Below are positions 23,366 through 34,905 of a stretch of 64,000 nucleotides of DNA, one piece after another. A program made the position numbers and the translations under genes. The notes beneath the pieces are model-generated. The model was not told the DNA's origin, ran no database searches, and was given only the letters and a program-made list of their open reading frames with translations. Positions within the stretch are counted from its first letter, which is position 1. Every line of letters begins with the position of its first letter. Source of the DNA: Lama guanicoe (Eukaryota). The stretch covers positions 1,907,818-1,971,817 of the forward strand of contig MU053561.1 in NCBI GenBank assembly GCA_013239625.1, given 5' to 3'.

Positions 23366-24403
23366 TTATATGAGAGAAAAATAATTTCTACCTTTGGAGC
23401 ACTTTTTTGGTACCAGCACTTTCCATATTTTTGTAATTCCTAAATCCATAGTGTAATCTGAAAGGTGGGTATCGATGTCTCTGTTTTACAGATAAACTCA
23501 GGGTCACAGAGGTTTAAATGGCCCAGTGCCACCCAAGTGTTGGGACTGGGAACTTGCGCTCAAGCCCGCCTGTCGGCAGTGATGGCATTCTCTCCGTGGG
23601 CCTGGCGCTCTCCGAAACAATCACTGTCCCCTGCTGAGTGCCAGGTTCTAAGGCAGGAACTTGGTGTGTGTAATTTGGATCCCCTCGACAATCCTGGGAA
23701 GTTGGTGATATCCTGGTCTTCGTAGACGAAGTCACTGGGAAGAGTCAATGATTGCCTCACCTCAGCTAACAAGTGGCAGTGCTAGGGTGCAGATCCTGTC
23801 TGATTTCAAAGCCGCTCAATGCGCTCTCACTTAGGAGACCTTCAGCACTGCTCTGTTTACGATGGCAAACACCTTGCTCTCCATCTGTTTAACAAATAAA
23901 ACTTGCTTTTCCCTGCCTGATTCAAATCCAGCTCACTTTGCTAAGTGTTTCTTAAGTGGCAATTAGGTAAGACGCCTTCTCTTTCCTTCTTCACTAATCA
24001 AGGTCCATTATCTTTTGCAAAGTTGGACTCAAAAGTTCCTTCTCTGCGAAGGTGTGTACCAGTTAATGTATCTGCCTTTGTTCACCTTTATTCCTTAAAT
24101 AGAAAACTTATTGTGATTTTATCAGTGCAACCCATGGATGAATCAGTCTTAAGATGTTTGTTGCCCTTTTATGCAAGATAAATAAAAAATATTGTAGGTA
24201 GGAATTTTGATGGCAATTTGACATTGCTATGACATCCAATTGCTTAATCAGTGGGCTTACATTTTGTCTTTTAAAATGTTATTTTTGTTATAATTCACCT
24301 TTATTGTACTTTACAGAAGAACTAGTCTACCACAGAATGGAAATTTTTTTTTTAAAAATAATGGTCCTATACCACAGATAGTTTGAGAAGCGTTGATCTA
24401 GAC

Positions 24404-24626
24404 CAGAGGTCAGCAAACTATGGCGTGTGGACTAGGTCCAGCCTACCATTTAATTTTGTAAATAAAATTGTATTGAAACCCAGGCACGCTCCTTCATTTG
24501 TGTATTGTCTTTGGCTGCTTTCACCCTGCGGTGGCAGCTCTGAGTAGCTATGACAGAGACCACATGGCCCACAAAGCAAAAGATACTTACTACATGGACC
24601 TTACAGAAAAAGCTCACTGACCCCTG
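24404..24626 (-). mobile_element. MER58A hAT-Charlie MITE
   Basis: TIRs CAGAGGTCAGCAAACT...GCTCACTGACCCCTG. 8-bp TSD ATCTAGAC (24396-24403) / ATCTGGAC (24627-24634). Confidence 0.9.
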
Positions 24627-24634
24627 ATCTGGAC

Positions 24635-25138
24635 CGCTGGTTCTCAGCCATGGCTGCACACCTGGGAGAGACCTTTCAACACCCCTGATCAGTTTCCCTC
24701 TCCAGAGACCCTGACTTCATCAGTCTGGGGTGCAGCCTGTGCAAGTCATTCTAACGTGCAGCCAAGTTTCAAAACTTCCAGTCTAGCTGGAAATTGGAAT
24801 TACTGTGGATGCCAGAGTTCCACCCTGAACCTACCGAATCAGAATTCTGGGGCTCACGCATGCTGTTTTGTTAAGTAAATCCCCCGCAGGTAATCTAGAC
24901 GCTTAGCTGGGGTTGAGGACCACTGATGGAGACTCCGGGGCAATGATTTTCAAAGCTGTAATACATAGCAGAATTACAGGGAATATGTTAGAAATGCAGG
25001 CTCCCAGGCCCCGCCTCTCACGAGTAGAATTAAGTAGGTCTCAGGTGGAAGTTAGCCAGGAATGTGCGTTTTCAGCAAAACCCCTGAAATAACCTCTGGA
25101 GCAGGGAGCATCGTGGGACTGCAGTCTGAGAAATACTG
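24635..25138. mobile_element. Three tandem MER5-type hAT MITEs
   Basis: Units at ~24635-24780, ~24790-24925 (ends TTGAGGACCACTG) and 24941-25138 (CAATGATTTTCAAAG...TGAGAAATACTG), with TTAGAAATGCAG/GAATCAGAA bodies. Confidence 0.7.
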
Positions 25139-26840
25139 TCCTAGTGCAGTAAGCACTTGGTTTCTGTCCAGGCTCCTGCAGGATGACTTGGACGCTGTGA
25201 CTCATCCTTCCCTTGGTGAAATGAGAAGAGTCTCTTCTTAGCCTTACTTTCCAGGACTGTGTGAGCACTGAGCAAGGTAATGTATGTGACAGTGTTCCGT
25301 TAAAGTGAGGAGGAACGCACGTAGAGGAGCGTATCAACTCTCCCTGAGATGTGAATGTCCAGCAGTGATGTACCTGGTTCTGTCTCTAGACAGATATTTA
25401 CCTTTATTCCGAAGGAGTCTCCAGTGGAGAATTCAAGCAGCCAGAATACGAGTAGATCAGGGGGGTTTATGGGAATTTCTCTGCATCCTTTGACTCACAT
25501 CCATCGAAAAGTAACAGGGAGGAAAGAAGAGAAAGAAGCATTTATTATCCTAAGCAGTATCCTAGATTATTTCAAGTAATCCTCGCATCAGTCCTTTCAG
25601 TTAAATATTCTTAGTGTGCTCATTTTAGAGAGGAGGGGTTAAATGATTTGCCTGAAGTCGCTGACGGCCAGGATGTGTCAAGGCAGGGATTTAGGGTCCA
25701 GGCCATCCGACCGTAGAGCCCGCCTTCCTAAGCGCTCTGCCGTTCTCCCTAGTGTCCGTGTGAAAACAGTCCTGACCAGGGGAGGGAAGAAAAGTCTCTC
25801 CCAAAGCCACTCAGCCTCTGCGTGCTTCCTTCCAGTGCGATGTTTATTCAGAATTTCTAACTGTGGGGCAACATGGCCCATGCATCCGTCCGCCAAGTCC
25901 TCATGCAGGCACAACACAAAACTCCACAAGTTCAAGGGCACAAGCGTCCTCGGAAGGGCCTGCTCTTTGTCGCCGAGCTGACTGCCATTTCTGAAGTCAT
26001 CTCATGACCTGAGCATCCATTATTTGGGAGCCGTCAACAGCAAACAGAACAGAACCCTCAGCAGTCTAAAAAGTAGAAGCATAAGATAGGAAAAATCACT
26101 GAGTATTTCCTCCCACACCACAGGAGTTCACGACAATCCTGGGGACTCAGAACTTCTCAAGACTGGCTCTGCCGTGGCGGAGAGCGGAAGCAGGTCTGGG
26201 AAGAGAGGTCTGCCCTGGGACACCTCTAAGCACACCGTCTATTCGATTGCATTCAGTTGAAAGTAAGTATGTGTTAGTCAGTTTTAGGGGATGGGGTACA
26301 GGAGCTGAGAGGGCAGAAGGAATGGACCGGGTCTTTTTCCCTCAAAACCATGAACCAGCTGAGGGTTGACCCAGATCCAGCTGTTGGAGGTTTTGTCCAG
26401 AAGTGGCTGGGAGAAGTGAGCTATGTCCCAGAGCAATGTTTTTTGTTTTTGTTTTTGTTTTTTTCCGGTTCTAGCCCCAGACAAAGGAAACTGGCTAAAG
26501 CAGACGTCCCCCTCTACCCACTTGTCTTACTCTCCACCACCAACTTCTCCCCAGTTCCTTCTCTATCTCCCTCTCTCAGATCGAGAGGACCCAGAGTTCC
26601 TTTCTCACCGTGCGTTCTCATTTTCCCTCTCCCTCCTCCCCTCACGCCCTTGGTAAGTCCGTCCTCCTCTCGCTCCCCTCAGCAGGGTGGCCTTGAAAGC
26701 AGTAGCCAGTCTGGGACTATTAATCTGCTGTTGACCTCCTGCCCTCAAGGTCAACCATCCACAGCCTTGTTCCCCAGAGGAACCCAGGACACTCTGGTAA
26801 CCTGCTGGAATGTGGAAGTACCGTTTCAGTAATGACAGCC

Positions 26841-27099
26841 TTTTTTTTTTTTTTAACATTTTTTATTGATTTATAATCATTTTACAATGTTGTGTCAAAT
26901 TCCAGTGTTCAGCACAATTTTTCAGTCATACATGGACATATACACACTCATTGTCATATTTTTTTCTCTGTAAGTTATCATAACATTTTGTGTAAATTTC
27001 CCTGTGCTATACAGTATAATCTTTATTCTACAATTTTGAAATCCCAGTCTATCCCTTCCCACCCTCCGCCCCCCTGGCAACCACAAGTCTGTATTCTCT
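26841..27099 (-). mobile_element. Young, 5'-truncated camelid L1 (3' UTR plus poly-A)
   Basis: T14 tail, then AACATTTTTTATTGATTTATAATCATTTTACAATGTTGTGTCAAATTCC. Perfect TSD ATGACAGCCTTTT (26832-26844 / 27100-27112). Confidence 0.92.
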
Positions 27100-27124
27100 A
27101 TGACAGCCTTTTGTTGATCTAACT

Positions 27125-27340
27125 CAGAGGTCAGCAAACTGTGGCCCATGGGTCAAATCTGGCCCACCACTTTGTAAGTAAAACGTTATTGGAACATAGC
27201 CACACCATTCACTCACATAGTGTCTATGACCACGTTCATGCTTCAAGGGCAGAGTTGCGTAGTTGTGACAGACTGCATGGTCTGCAAAGTCTATAATATT
27301 TACTCTCTGGCTGTTTACAGAAAAACATTACCAGTCTCTG
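27125..27340 (-). mobile_element. MER58A hAT-Charlie MITE
   Basis: CAGAGGTCAGCAAACTGTGGCCC...AATATTTACTCTCTGGCTGTTTACAGAAAA...CTCTG. Confidence 0.85.
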
Positions 27341-29919
27341 ACCTAGAATATCCCGTGCCTAGTCTGAGGTCTTATTTGAATAAGGTCCCAGGATAGTTTC
27401 TGCTGCGTAGAAGTGGTTAATGGGTGTTTTCTTCAGAAGGTTGGTTGAGCCTTTGAAAGACATCAGCGAGTGCCATACAACAGAAGGTCGGTGACAAAAG
27501 GAGACACACATCTTCTTGCTCCCCCACAGCAGCACAGCACCCTACAGCGATGAGGATGTTCCTGCTCCAGGACAGAGAGCCCAGGGGTGGAGCCCTTATC
27601 TGCTGGTGGAAGCAGGGCAACAGTTCCCCAGGACCAAGCCCTTCAGTTTTCTCTCCACTCCTCTCAGTGAGAGCTCCTTGGTGCCACAGGGACAGAAACT
27701 GAAGAAGTGTAATGGCAACTAAACAGTCATCCCTGAATGTAAGGCTGGGTGGTATTTGTCTGAAGTGACACATGTCAGCTGGTAAAACGCGAGATTCCCG
27801 CAGCCCTCTGATGACCGAGCCTCGCAGAGGGTTCGTGGCTTCCACTGACTACCTGTTCCTTTCATCTCGCAGTGAAACGACGTGAGCCGTGAAGCGTCAA
27901 CCCCTCCACCCACGCATAATTGGCCATCTAGTGTCAGAGTCATCTTAATTTGGGACTTGATAAAATTAATAATGATATAATTACTACTACTGTTCTCCCA
28001 TACATGGAGCTTAATCTGCCAGGAATTCTGTGCTTTATGTCACGTGTGACAACTTGACTAACTCAAATTCATGCCAGATCCCACGCTCTGCTTTTTCACG
28101 TCAAGCCCCGTGCCCCTCGCCCCCCACACCATAGTGACTATCCCTGCCGTTGTCTGGGTGCTGCCCTGTATCTGGTAACAGAACATAGGTCAAATGGGGC
28201 TCTTATAGGTCCTGCTCTGGAAGCATCTCGGAGGAAATGTCATATTCAGATGTCTCTGGCGGCCCCTCCCAATGCTACTGGGCCTTCACCATCACTGTTC
28301 TGGAAGTTGCCTCTGAACTGCTACACCACTCTGCATCCTCTATTCTAATAATGTCATGGTCACCAGGCCATCCCTGGGGCTTCACTGTCTTTCCCATCCT
28401 TGACCTTGAAGGGAACTGTTGGTCTGGAGGTCCCAGGGAGAAGCCCCACCACTCCTCCCTGATGCCGTACTATCTTTAGGACATCTCTGCTACTACTGTT
28501 GCTGCTCCTGAGAATCCCGGGATGCCGTTTCTTTATCTATTGAAATAACAGCACAGAGCATCTCCAATGTGGACAGAGTGGACAAGACACAGTCCTCACT
28601 TCAGAGGAGCCTGCAGGCTAGGTGGGAGACAGACAAAAACACAACACAACGATGGAGCACCGGGTGCTGTCGGAACTTGGACTTAGGAGTGTGGGTTCAG
28701 GAAGATTTCTCAGAGGGGTAACGTAGAGAAGCATTTTGAAGGCTGAGTAGAAGCCAGGTAGCAGGCTCGAAGACATGGACGGAGTTCTAGGAGGAGCAAC
28801 ATACACATTGACCCAGAGGCATAGGAGAGGGTTAGAGAGTTGGAAAAAATATGTCTTTGTCTTAACTTATGGGGCCTGAAAATGTACCTGTCATGCCCAA
28901 GGCCCCAGGTCCTACCAGAAGCCTAGCATTGCAGGTGACAGCTTCCCCCACGGGAACACAGACCAGATCCTACCTGGGAAACCAGGTTCCTAGCTTTGCC
29001 CCACTGTCCTTTTCTCCTCCCAATGCCCCTGACAGCCTAGGGGCCCACCCAGTGCTGGCTCAGGTTGGCCCTTGCTTTAGCTGAAGGATATTTTTCTGTG
29101 CCACTCTGATGAGTTTCACTATCTTTAGGTAGGGAAACAAGTCTCACGTTGCCTTTCTGTCACTTTTCTAGAAGCTCTGTGGCCTCTAGGCCACTTAAGC
29201 CCTCTGCCCCAGTGTACGGAACTGGAATGAGCCAGATCCCTCAGCATCATATGTGGGACCCTTGGTAACATTCACTAGGCTCTGCTGGACCCTACACCAT
29301 TCTTACACAATCATGATTAACAACTGGTTGAAAATGATGACTTTTACTTGTCCCCATATAGCTTTCAGTTGAGAGAGGCATGAAGAAGATTGAGACTCCT
29401 GTCTCAGTTCTCAGAAAAAACAAAAAAGAAAGAAAGAAACATATAAAACGATTAATCTGGGGTTTCTGCTTCGCTTTATGGTTTTCATAAAGTTTGTTCA
29501 ACCAATGCTGGGCACATCTGGAACTGGGGGTGTGTCTGGTCACACCCCAGTGAAGGAAGGCTCCCTTGGCTTGGTTTCCCTGCAGGAAGAGGCCCCGCAG
29601 GCAGAGCAGCAGAGAGGGTGCAAGAGGACTGGAGGCCGTGGGAGTGGGCAGGGCATGCAGTGTTCGCCTACGGCATTTGCCTAAGGAGAGAGCAGCCATT
29701 CCTTCTGGATGAGGCAGGACCCAGCAAGTAGAAAGTCACCACCCCAAATCAGATGCTCTGCACTGTTCTGGGTGTTAACCACCCGGTTCCTTTCCTCCTT
29801 CAGCCTCCCTAGCCCAGAAGAGTTCTGGAGCTCTTCTGCTCTAAGCCAGGCTGCTGAGACTTAATTCTAAATCTAGTCTCCCAACCTTCTCCCATCAAAT
29901 ATTTATACCACTAGGTTCC

Positions 29920-30186
29920 AAAAGAAAGAAAGAGAGAGGGAAAGGGAAAGAGAGAAAGAAAGGAATGAAGAAGGAAGGAAGCAAGGAAGGAAGGAAGGAA
30001 GGAAAGGAAGGAAGCAAGGAAGGAAGGAAGGAAGGAAAGGAAGGAAGCAAGGAAGGAAGGAAGGAAGGAAAGGAAGGAAGGAGGGAAGGAAGGAAGGAAA
30101 GAAAGAAAGGAAGGAGGGAAGGAAGGAAGGAAGGAAGGAAGGAGGGAAGGAAGGAAGGAAAGAAAGAAAGAGAAAGAAAGAAAGAT

Positions 30187-30237
<51 letters not shown>

Positions 30238-30360
30238 AAAAGAAAGAAAAAGAAAAAAAAGGAAAGAGAAAGGGAAGGAGGGAGGGAGGGAGAAAGAAAA
30301 GGAAGGAGGGAGGGAGAAAGAAGAGAAGAGAAGAGAAAAGAAAAGGAAAGGAAAGGAAAG
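29920..30360. repeat. Compound (GGAA)n/(GAAA)n polypurine microsatellite
   Basis: About 440 bp almost purely A/G on the + strand. Source of spurious ORFs 29895..30482 and 29965..30369. Confidence 0.97.
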
Positions 30361-30739
30361 CTCCTGTAAGCAGAGGGACAGATGCAGGAACTGTCAGTCA
30401 AAGTGAAATCAGTTCTAAGACAACAGGGCAAGGGTAACTCCTTTTCTTGCCATAAAAATTCCTTTATAGTTATTGTGATCATATTTTGTTAATAAAAGTA
30501 ATACATATTTTTTATTTCTTTCTCTTTCCCTCCAGTGTTTTGAGTCCACTATTTTGCCAGTCCTTTGACAAATTAGGTTAGGGTTATGTGCTAATTGCTT
30601 AAAGCTGGCTGCTCCCAAAAGCAACTGTATTTTTAGGAGGGATTCCTGAAGTCAACTGATAGTCAAATAGTGTTTTTCTAATATCATCTCAGTAGCACGT
30701 TTGAGGGTCTTTGGTAAGGGGTTAGATACAGAATCTCTG

Positions 30740-32360
30740 ACCCTTAACAGCTGGTAAAGATCTTGTTGGTCAGCTAGTAAAATCTTCCATTCAGTGGTGG
30801 AATTCTCCCTAAAACACCCAAAACTGCTTGATCACTTCCAGTTATGGGAACTCACTTCTGTGAGAAGCAGTATTCAGCCTTTGGATGCTTTTGCTAGAAA
30901 GTTCTCTCTTTTCTTTTCTTCTGAAAGAAAATCTGCCTTCCTGAAGAGTACTTCTACCAAATCAAGTTAGATTGTTCTGGAGCCTAAATGAGTCTGATCC
31001 CTCTCCCACTTGTCAGTAGGTTAAATATTCAAAAGCAATCATCACAACACAAAGCTTTTCCTGTCTAAGCAAAAACTCCTAACGTCCCTTCAGTCCTTCC
31101 TGGTGTGACTCATACATGGTCAGCCTGCCCTCCTGGGATTCTTTCTAGTTGGTCAGTGTCTCTCTTAAGATGTGGTACCTGTAATTGGACCTGAACTCCA
31201 GGTGCATTCTGACCATTAGAAGTAGAGTTGAGTCTTACAGCTCTTAGGGCAGCCCTAGCAGACCATTTCCTCGTGTTGAACTTGGAATAAATATCCGTTC
31301 CTACCTCCTATCTCTGCCTCTCCCCATCCCTTTTTCAGACAACAGCTGCTAATTCAGCTCTTCCTCAAAACGCTGTTTTCCCAAGTGTATTTTCAATCTA
31401 AATTGAGGGCCTTGTTTTGAATCTATGTCCCTTCTGTCTTGTCCAGGTCTTTCTCGGTCTTGGTTCTGGGACTCAGTGTGTTAGCTCTTCCCTCCAGATT
31501 TCAGGTCTGCCTAGAGAGATAAGTGGGCCAGACACAAAGCTCTCTTGAACCTCCTTTCAGGCTGATACTGACCAGTAGCCTTCGAGTTGTTCAATCAGCA
31601 ACAAATCCACAACATTCTACTGCTTTAAATCCATGAGTCTCTATCTTGTCTGCAAGAACGGATGAGTTATTTTATCAAAAGCCTTGCTAAGATCATGTTG
31701 CACTATGTTCACGCCCACTCTAATCCTACTAGTTCAATTGCCCAACAGAGAAGGGAAATTACATTTGTCAGTAACCCGTGAAACTCCTGATGAGCACATG
31801 ACTCTTCAACACATCGTCTGTTAGAAATTTGTGAGAAGAATCAATAATACGTTAGCTGCCATTCTCTTCTCTTCTTTTCTTTCTTTCTTTTTTTTTTAAC
31901 CTGAAGTATACTCAGTTTGCAATGGATCAATTTCTGATGTACAGCATAATGTTTCAGTCATACATGGACATATATACATTTGTTTTCATATTCTTTTTCA
32001 GTATAGTTTACTGCAAGATATTGAGTATAGTTTTCTGTAATACACAGCATAAACTTGTTGTTTATCTAGTTTATATTTAGTAGTTAGTATCTGCAAATCT
32101 TGAACTCCTAATTTATCCCTCCCCACCCCCTTTACATTCTGGTAACCATGAGTTTGTTTTCTATGTGCCATTATTTTAAAAAACCTACCTTTCCTAGCTT
32201 CTAAAAATTTCAGGACATTTATTTAACTATCTTCAATTTACTTTCATGTCTCCCACACAATATTTTTCTAGAGATTTTTAACAACCACACCTGCAAAATT
32301 CTTGTAACATTTCAGGACAGAAGTCGTCTGACCTGGGAATTTAGCTCATTTAAGTCGACT
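30740..32360 (-). mobile_element. L3/CR1 LINE fossil (RT region and 3' end), interrupted by a camelid L1
   Basis: The antisense of ~31670-31712 translates VNIVQHDLSKAFDK (CR1 RT 'YLDFSKAFD' motif). The antisense of ~32290-32335 gives PG-DDFCPEMLQE (the 'SPGPDG-HP' motif). Confidence 0.75.
31864..32165 (-). mobile_element. 5'-truncated camelid L1 3' end
   Basis: T-rich tail plus TGAAGTATA...GTACAGCATAATGTTTCAGTCATACATGGACATAT...GGTAACCATGAGTTTGTTTTCTATG. Short TSD TGCCATT (31857-31863 / 32166-32172). Confidence 0.88.
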
Positions 32361-32419
32361 GGATTCTTTTCTCTTGAGCTCCTAGCCCTTTTCAGCCTTT
32401 CATTTCTTTCTTCATTTGT

Positions 32420-34050
32420 GTGTTCTTCTCTGTTGTGTTTAACATGATACTTGGTACATTCAAAAGAGTATCAAAAATATGTAAACTACATACAGATATA
32501 TACACACATAATGTATAAAATATAAAATATAAAAAACACATAATAATGTATAAAAATATAACGAGCACCTGAAAACCCACAAACTGGTGTAAAATCCTGA
32601 GCTCTTCAATTAAGTATAGCTTCCTATTGGCTCTTTCCTTTCATCCTTCCACCTCCCTCTCCTCCCCACTTAGATAAAGGACTACTCTGAATTTTGTATT
32701 ATTCTCTTTTAAAAATAATAGTTTTATCATTGAATATAAATATATGCTTAAACTATATGTTATTTATTTTTATTTGACTTTGGACTCTCTGAACAGAATG
32801 TTACGCTTAATGTAATCATCTGGGACTGCTTTTCTTCCACTCAAATTGTATTTCAAGAAATGTATCCAAATTGTGGCATGTAGCTGCAGTTCATTCATAT
32901 TCACCATTATATGTAATATTTAATTGTTAGAATATTTTTTCTGTTCTTCTGTTACAGGACAAATGGTGGTTTTTAAAACGTATCTGCGAATTCTTTGATA
33001 CTCCTTCTATCAAAAGGTAATTCTCCTTCTCTTGCATAGGGGCTGACTTTAGTAACTTGCCTTTGATAAATGTATTTGATGAATGCAGCAAAAGTGATAC
33101 CGTATGATTTCTGAAGCTACGTCAAAATTCGTTTATTATATAATTTCCCCTTCTCCCTTCCTTTCTCTCTCCTTCTACCCCTCTCTCCCTGCCCCATTCT
33201 CTCTCTCCCTTTCTCCCTTTATTTTTCTCTCTTTCTATCCTTCATTCTCTCCTATCTCTACTTGGAACCCAGCTACTATGTTACGAGGAAGCCAACCTAT
33301 CACTGGTGAAATTGAGCAACACTTAATGAGGTCTCAGCAAGCAGCCAGCATCAACCACCAGACATGTGAGTAAGCATGCCTTCAAGTGATTCCAGCCCCT
33401 AGTCTTCCAGTTGCCGTAGCTGACTCTTGGTGGAGAGAGACTAGCCATTCCTTCTAAGCGCTACTAAAATTGCAGGCTCATGTTGTTATTTTAAGTGACT
33501 AACGTTTGAAGCTGTTACACCAGCAAAGGATAACTACAACGGGACACTTGGATGGTTGTCAGGTTTTTGCTCTTCCAAATAGTGCCACTATGAGTGTTCT
33601 GATGCTCATCACCTAGTGCACAAAGGCAAGGGTGCAGTTGCTAGACCACAAGATACATAGATGTCTAGCTAATAAGAAGAGTCAAATTATTTTTTAAAGT
33701 AGTTTAAAAATCTTTAAAGCTCTAAATTACTCTCCAAGTTCTGCTTTAACTACATGCCACAAGTTTTGATAAAGATTATTATTCAGATCTGATGAATTTA
33801 ATATCCAACATGATTTGCTCCTTGACCCATGATTTATTTAGGAGGATATTTTAAAATTTTTAAATAGATGAAGATTTAAAAATTTTCTGTACCCTTACCA
33901 AATTACACTCTTGTCAGAGAATGTTGTCTTTATGTACCGATTTTTAAATGTGTTGCAGCTTGCTTTACATGTTTGTGATCATCTTTTATGAATGTTGAGA
34001 AAAAGATGATTCTCTAGTCTTGAAAAGCAGAGTTTATACATGATCTCTAT
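32420..34050 (-). mobile_element. Old L1M fragments split by an MLT1 LTR
   Basis: L1 3'-region motifs GCATGTAGCTGCAGTTCATTCAT...GGACA[LTR]GGACACTTGGATGGTTGTCAGGTTTTTGCT continue across the LTR. Confidence 0.65.
32962..33541 (+). mobile_element. MaLR solo LTR (MLT1G-like)
   Basis: TGGTGGTTTTTAAAACGTATCTGCGAATTCTTTGATACTCC...CAGCCAGCATCAACCACCAGACATGTGAGT...GATAACTACAAC. 5-bp TSD GGACA (32957-32961 / 33542-33546). Confidence 0.85.
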
Positions 34051-34054
34051 ACAG

Positions 34055-34905
34055 ATCAACTGTACGTTAAATATAAATGGATTAAATTCTCCAGTTGAAA
34101 GACTTAGAGTGGCTGAATAGATTAAAACAAGACCCAACTACACATTGACTACATTTCCCCTTTAAGAACACATATACTGAATGCAAAGGGACAGAAAAAG
34201 ACATTCCATGCAAATAGAAACCAAAGGCGAGCAAGGGTAGCCAAACTTAAATCAGACAAAACAGACTTTAACTCAAAAGCTATAACAAGAGACAAAGTTA
34301 TTATGTGATGAGTAAGGGGTCAATACATCAAGAGAATATAACAATTGTAAAAATATATGTACCCAATATTGGAGCACCTAAATATATTCAGCAAATATTA
34401 ACAGATCTGAAGGGAAAAATAGACAGCAGTACAATAAATAGAAGACCTATACCCCAACAATGGATAGATCATCCATACAGAGTCAATTAAGAAACACTGG
34501 ACTTAAACTACATTTTAAATCAAATGAATCTAGCAGACATATGTAGAACATCCCATCCAACAGCACCAAAATACATATTCTCAGTACACACAGAACATTT
34601 TTCAAAATAGATCATATGTTGAGCCACAGTGCAAGTCTTAACACATTTAAGAAGACTGAAATTACATGTAGCATCTTTTCTGACCACAGTTGTATCAAAC
34701 TAGAAGTCAACAACAAGAGGAAAATGGACATATTCACAGATATATGGAGTTAAACAACATGCTCCAGCACAACCAATGAGCTAAAGAAGAAATCAAAAGG
34801 GAAATTTGAAGTATCATGAGATAAATGAAAATGAAAACACGATATACCAAAATTTACGGGACACAGCAAAAGAAGTTCTAAGAGAGATGTTTATTTATTA
34901 ACAAT
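34055..34905 (+). mobile_element. L1 ORF2 fragment: APE-type endonuclease domain (decayed)
   Basis: TLNINGLNSP at ~34065 and ORF 34305..34490 (KGSIHQENITIVKIYVPNIGAPKYIQQILTDLKG), followed by KIDHML and FSDH motifs. Stops and frameshifts present. Confidence 0.93.

Noticed and set aside
26350..26832. 160-aa ORF
   Set aside because: A low-complexity S/P/L-rich product of a pyrimidine-rich tract, with no recognisable domain or exon structure.
27808..27880. Hammerhead ribozyme (CTGATGA...GAAAC)
   Set aside because: No closing stem II between the core motifs and no stem I/III partners.
29895..30482. Long ORFs (195 aa minus, 134 aa plus)
   Set aside because: They are translations of a GGAA/GAAA microsatellite that lacks stop codons.
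34055..34905. L1 endonuclease fragment as the translocated missing piece of the L1 at 55920-60390
   Set aside because: The two overlap at the ORF2 start with different sequence, so they are more simply independent copies.
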